Source: Gemmatimonadaceae bacterium
GTDB lineage: Bacteria; Gemmatimonadota; Gemmatimonadetes; Gemmatimonadales; Gemmatimonadaceae
Direction: 5' to 3'
Length of the DNA: 64,000 nucleotides
Assembly: GCA_040902005.1 (NCBI GenBank)
Contig: JBBDYA010000045.1
Span: 90,757 to 154,756, forward strand
Of this stretch, positions 59,997-64,000 are shown piece by piece. Made by a program: the position numbers and the translations under genes. Position 1 is the first letter of the stretch. Each line of letters opens with the position of its first letter. Under the pieces are notes generated by a model. It was given only the letters and a program-made list of their open reading frames with translations. It did not search any database and had not been told where the DNA came from.

Positions 59997-60812
59997 TTGT
60001 CAGAACTGATTCTCCGCCTGAACGCGCGGGCCAAAAGCGCCGTGCAGACGCTTCAGGAATATTTCGAACTGGCCTGGAATGCGGTCCGATTCATCTTTGC
60101 GCGCCCGTTCTACGCACAGGACGTGGTTCAGCAGATGGACGAGATCGGTGTGAAATCCCTGGGCATCGTCCTCCTGACCGGGCTGTTCACGGGGATGGTG
60201 CTGGCTCTCCAATCCAGCATTCAGCTGCAGACGTTCGGCGCCACGATGTACATCGGCCGGCTTGTGGCTGGATCGATGATCCGGGAACTGGGGCCAGTAC
60301 TCGCTGGACTGATGGTCGCCGGCCGCGTGGGGTCCGGGATCGCGGCGCAGTTGGGGTCGATGAAGGTGACGGAGCAGATCGATGCCCTCAACACGCTGGG
60401 GACCGACCCGATCAAGAAGCTGGTGACGCCCCGCCTGATCGCGGCGCTCATCATGCTCCCCGTGCTCACGATCATCAACGACATGGTCGGGATATTCGGT
60501 GGCAATCTCATTGCGACGCTGATGCTCGGGCTGCCGACATCGCTGTACTGGCGCACCGTATGGGAACAGATCATCTCTGGCGGATTCGTCTTCGGCTTCA
60601 TCCCGAACGATTTCGTGCAGGGGCTGCTGAAGCCCCTCATGTTCGGGGCGATCATTGCCATCACCGCGTGCTTTTTCGGTTTGCGCACGACCGGGGGCAC
60701 CGAGGGCGTTGGCCAGTCCACGACCAAGGCGGTCGTGACGTCGAGCATTCTGATTCTGGTGAGCGACTACTTCCTCACGCAGATCCTCCTCTCCGTTCTG
60801 CACGCGCCATGA
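59997..60812 (+). CDS. mlaE: MlaE family ABC transporter permease (start uncertain: TTG 59997 or GTG 60042)
   Basis: RELGPVL, AGRVGSGIAAQLGSMKVTEQIDAL, GGTEGVGQSTTKAVV. Confidence 0.88.
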   Translation: MSELILRLNARAKSAVQTLQEYFELAWNAVRFIFARPFYAQDVVQQMDEIGVKSLGIVLLTGLFTGMVLALQSSIQLQTFGATMYIGRLVAGSMIRELGPVLAGLMVAGRVGSGIAAQLGSMKVTEQIDALNTLGTDPIKKLVTPRLIAALIMLPVLTIINDMVGIFGGNLIATLMLGLPTSLYWRTVWEQIISGGFVFGFIPNDFVQGLLKPLMFGAIIAITACFFGLRTTGGTEGVGQSTTKAVVTSSILILVSDYFLTQILLSVLHAP

Positions 60813-61666
60813 CGCAGGAACTTCGCCGCAAGGGCGAGCGCAAATCAGGCCATGTGCGCGAGGCCATCCGCCAGGAGCTGGCGACGGACAGCGCGGCGAT
60901 GCCAGCCGAGGACGCTGTCGAAGCGGGTGCGCGGCCCCCCGTGATCGAAATGCAGGACGTCAGCCTCGCGTTCGATGTGCCCATCCTCGAGGACATCTCG
61001 TTCAAGGCACACGAGGGTGAGACCATCGTCATCGTCGGTGAATCCGGCACGGGGAAATCCACCGCGCTCAAGCTGATGCTGCGCCTGTTGGTGCCGCAGA
61101 AGGGACGCGTGCTCGTGGATGGCGAGGACATCACGGATCTGTCATTCGAGGAAGCGCTCGTGGTGCGACAGAAAATGGGGATGGTGTTTCAGGGCGCCGC
61201 GCTGTTCGACTCGCTCACGGTCTTCGAGAACATCGCCTATCCGCTTCGCGAACACACGCGCATGTCGGACGACGAGATCGAGCAGCGGGTTCGCGAGAAG
61301 CTGGCGTTCGTGGATCTCGAGGCGGACGAGGTGATGGACAAGCTCCCGTCCGAGCTGTCGGGCGGCATGCGCAAACGGGTCGGGATCGCCCGTGGGATGG
61401 CCAACGATCCCGAGGTGATGCTGTACGACGAACCCACGTCGGGACTGGATCCGCTCACGACGGGCACGATTACGCGGCTCATCCTGAAGCTCCAGCGGGA
61501 GCTCAAGGTCACCAGCATCGTCGTGTCCCACGACATCCGTTCGGCGTTCCGGATGGCCACCAAGATCGCGCTGCTGCACGACCATCGCATCTCCTTTTTC
61601 GGCACGCCGGAGGAAATGTCGGCCGCCGAGGATCCGTACATCCATGACTTTCTCGGTGGACTCTGA
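60809..61666 (+). CDS. mlaF: MlaF family ABC transporter ATP-binding protein
   Basis: GESGTGKST, FQGAALFDSL, LSGGMRKRVGIAR, LYDEPTSGLDP, VSHD. Confidence 0.88.
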   Translation: MTQELRRKGERKSGHVREAIRQELATDSAAMPAEDAVEAGARPPVIEMQDVSLAFDVPILEDISFKAHEGETIVIVGESGTGKSTALKLMLRLLVPQKGRVLVDGEDITDLSFEEALVVRQKMGMVFQGAALFDSLTVFENIAYPLREHTRMSDDEIEQRVREKLAFVDLEADEVMDKLPSELSGGMRKRVGIARGMANDPEVMLYDEPTSGLDPLTTGTITRLILKLQRELKVTSIVVSHDIRSAFRMATKIALLHDHRISFFGTPEEMSAAEDPYIHDFLGGL

Positions 61667-62653
61667 ATGAAACGCTCACCGATGATCACGTGGGACCAAT
61701 TGCGGGTCGCGGGCGTCATTCTGGCGGCCGTAGCGATACTCGCGTTCGCCGGATACAAGCTGGGCCAGGCGGCGAACCTCTTCAGCAAGCGATACGAGCT
61801 GGTGGTGTTTCTTCCGTCAGCCAACGGGCTGCGCCAGGGCGGGTCCGTGACCGTAGCGGGGCAGCTCGTGGGCACGGTCAAGGAAATCGAGTTCCTGCCG
61901 GTGGACTACGACACCACGCGCAACCTGCGCGTCGTCGCGCTGGTGGACGTGGCGGTGCGGGAGCAGATCCGTCGCGACTCTGAGGCCCGGCTGCGTACCA
62001 TGGGTCTCTTGGGTGACAAAGTGCTCGACATCGCTCCGGGAACGCCGCGACATCCGGTGCTGGAGCCCGGGGACACCATTCGCGTAGCCGCCTCGCTCGA
62101 CTACGATGCGGTACTCGCGAAGGCGGGCAGCGCCGTGGACGACGTGGTGGCGCTTACGAAGGATCTTCGGGTCATCACGAGCCGGCTGGCGTCCGGGCAG
62201 GGCACGATCGGCCAGATGCTGACCAATCGCGCGATGTACGATGAGCTCACGGGCACGATTGTGCGGGCAAACGCGCTCTTCGCCGGGTTACAGAACCCGA
62301 ATGGCACCTTTGGGCGCATCCTGAACGATCCCGCGCTGTACGACAACCTGACGAGCACCGTGGCGGCCCTCGATAGCACGCTTCGCGCGGTGGGATCGGA
62401 GCAGGGAAGTCTGGGCCGGCTGCTGCGGGATACGACGCTGTATACCAACCTCGTGGGGATCGCTCAGGGCGCGGACTCGCTGATGACGATGCTCGCGAGC
62501 GACCAGGGGTTCGTGGGCAAGCTCCTGCATGACCAGACGCTGTACGACCAGCTGAACAAGCTGGCGTCGGACCTCGGCGCCGTGCTGGACGATGTGCGGC
62601 GCGATCCGCGCCGATACACCAGGGGAGCGATCTGCGTCCTTCCGTGCAAATAG
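61667..62653 (+). CDS. mlaD: MlaD/MCE family lipid-binding protein
   Basis: TM anchor, GLRQGGSVTVAG, GLLGDKVLDI, repeated G(T/S)xGxLLxDxxLY-like helices. Confidence 0.85.
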   Translation: MKRSPMITWDQLRVAGVILAAVAILAFAGYKLGQAANLFSKRYELVVFLPSANGLRQGGSVTVAGQLVGTVKEIEFLPVDYDTTRNLRVVALVDVAVREQIRRDSEARLRTMGLLGDKVLDIAPGTPRHPVLEPGDTIRVAASLDYDAVLAKAGSAVDDVVALTKDLRVITSRLASGQGTIGQMLTNRAMYDELTGTIVRANALFAGLQNPNGTFGRILNDPALYDNLTSTVAALDSTLRAVGSEQGSLGRLLRDTTLYTNLVGIAQGADSLMTMLASDQGFVGKLLHDQTLYDQLNKLASDLGAVLDDVRRDPRRYTRGAICVLPCK

Positions 62654-62684
62654 TCGGAGGCCTCGAGGCCGTCACAGCTTTGCA

Positions 62685-62713
62685 TTGCAAAGTACTTGTC
62701 AGTGCCATATATT
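62685..62713 (+). promoter_or_regulatory. sigma70 promoter upstream of tRNA-Val
   Basis: TTGCAA-17 nt-TATATT in an AT-richer gap. Confidence 0.65.
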
Positions 62714-62828
62714 GGCGACGTCGATCGATGGCACACCGGCCACGCCCGATTCACTGGACCAGTGCGCGCACGCTTGCTATGTTATTGGGCCGACACGCAT
62801 TAGCGGATGTTTCGCAAACGTGTGATCC

Positions 62829-62902
62829 GGTCGCGTAGCTCAGCTGGTTAGAGCGCTGGTTTCACATACCAGAGGTCCGGGGTTCGAGTCCCTGCGCGAC
62901 CA
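62829..62902 (+). tRNA. tRNA-Val(CAC); CCA not encoded
   Basis: GGTCGCG/CGCGACC acceptor stem, CTGGT-TT-CAC-AT-ACCAG anticodon arm, GGTTCGAGTCC T-arm. Confidence 0.93.
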
Positions 62903-62974
62903 CTTGCCCTCACCCACCCGTCCTCTGCAGGCGGGTATCCGGTCCAGCCGGAGCGTACCCAGGCACGAGAGGAT

Positions 62975-64000
62975 ATGAAGGTTTTTCGCATGTTGCCGCA
63001 CATCGCGGCGGCGCTGCTCAGCTTTGCCGTTTCCCTGCCGGGCCAGCAGCCGTCACAGCGGCCCTCGCCGGGACAGGCGCGCGTGCTCATGCAGGCGCGC
63101 CCCGAAATTGTTGAACAGCTTCGCCAGCGGCTGCTGACGAGTGGCATGACGCGTGAACAGGTCCGTGCGCGACTGCGAGCAGAAGGCTATCCGGAGGACC
63201 TGCTGGATCCGTATCTGCCCGGCGCCACGGGTGCGGCAGTTGCGCCGGATTCCGCCTTGTATTCCGCGATGCAGGAACTCGGGTTGGCGGACAGCGCCGA
63301 CGTGGCCACGATTCGCGCGCTCCAATCCGATACCCTGTCTCCCAGCGCGCGTGATTCGATCATGCGCGCAGGGGGGATGCTTTCGCGCGCGGACAGTCTG
63401 GCGCTGTTTTCGCGATCGCGACGAGCGATACGGACCGACGTGGCCGATTCGCTCGCCCGTCTCGATAGTGGCTTCAACATTTTCGGCCTCGAGATCTTCC
63501 GCACTGGCGCGACCCGCCTGGAGCCGTCATTCATGGGGCCCGTGGACGACAACTACCGGCTCGGCCCTGGCGACCGACTCGTGCTGATCCTCACGGGTGA
63601 CGTCGAAGGCTCGCACATGCTGGACGTGACCCGCGAAGGCTTCGTCGTGATTCCGCAGGTGGGACAGTTGTACGTGTCGAACCTCACGCTGGGACAGCTC
63701 AACGACGTCCTCTATGCGCGCCTGGGGCGCGTGTATTCCGGTGTGCGGCGTGGCGCGGGTGCCACGACGCGTTTTTCCGTGAGTGTTTCGCGCTTGCGCA
63801 CGAACCAGATCTACGTGCTCGGCGAGGTCGAGCGTCCGGGAACGTACATGGTCTCGAGCGCTGGCACCGCGCTGACGTCGCTGTACGCGGCGGGCGGGCC
63901 AACGGCCAACGGCTCGCTGCGCGACGTTCAGATCAAGCGCGGCGGACGCGTCGTCACCACGGTGGATCTGTACGACTATCTGCTACGCGGTGATGCCTCG
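62975..64000 (+). CDS. Polysaccharide export protein with SLBB domains (Wza/KpsD-like), truncated by the window edge
   Basis: Own translation from ATG 62975 (GAGAGGA RBS): signal peptide, GPVDDNYRLGPGDRLVLILTGDV, VIPQVG, VLGEVERPGTY, LYAAGGP; no stop seen before the edge, which explains its absence from the ORF track. Confidence 0.85.
   Translation, partial: MKVFRMLPHIAAALLSFAVSLPGQQPSQRPSPGQARVLMQARPEIVEQLRQRLLTSGMTREQVRARLRAEGYPEDLLDPYLPGATGAAVAPDSALYSAMQELGLADSADVATIRALQSDTLSPSARDSIMRAGGMLSRADSLALFSRSRRAIRTDVADSLARLDSGFNIFGLEIFRTGATRLEPSFMGPVDDNYRLGPGDRLVLILTGDVEGSHMLDVTREGFVVIPQVGQLYVSNLTLGQLNDVLYARLGRVYSGVRRGAGATTRFSVSVSRLRTNQIYVLGEVERPGTYMVSSAGTALTSLYAAGGPTANGSLRDVQIKRGGRVVTTVDLYDYLLRGDAS

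Noticed and set aside
62190..62560. Repeats within mlaD as a CRISPR or DNA repeat array
   Set aside because: These are degenerate protein-level helical repeats typical of MCE proteins, with no identical nucleotide repeats or spacers.

Overview
High-GC bacterial chromosomal window, almost fully coding and mostly on the + strand. Gene content and order suggest a diderm bacterium such as Gemmatimonadota (inference, no search run). Housekeeping blocks: LysM protein; epimerase-tolQRAB-pal-cpoB-tatC-lptD-like; hutH-hutU-[radical SAM]-hutI; TPR protein, polyprenyl synthase, tatA; SurA/PpiD; TPR protein-aroQ-Xaa-Pro peptidase-accB-[PilT/PilU]-accC-ComB-like-ftsK; yraN-recA-recX-alaS; gmhA-SDR-asparaginase; CCA enzyme-ZIP-rarA-LEA2-hflX; heptose kinase; mlaEFD; two tRNAs; and a truncated SLBB polysaccharide export gene. 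The stand-out is an about 11.4 kb, almost gap-free lipid locus (47333-58763). It encodes a FAAL-ACP-alpha-oxoamine synthase (SPT-like) fusion, an Sfp-type PPTase, a CerR-like reductase, a bCerS-like GNAT acyltransferase, an Aur1/IPC-synthase-like PAP2 protein, a GT4 glycosyltransferase, a flippase-like membrane protein, a CE4 deacetylase and a Wzi-like protein. Together these read as a candidate (glyco/phospho)sphingolipid pathway built on a fused synthase. Other signals are a radical SAM gene inside the hut operon, PilT/PilU between accB and accC, repeated leaderless-type promoters and a possible ATC start for hflX. No integrase, transposase, CRISPR array or rRNA was seen. All product calls come from motif recognition by eye.
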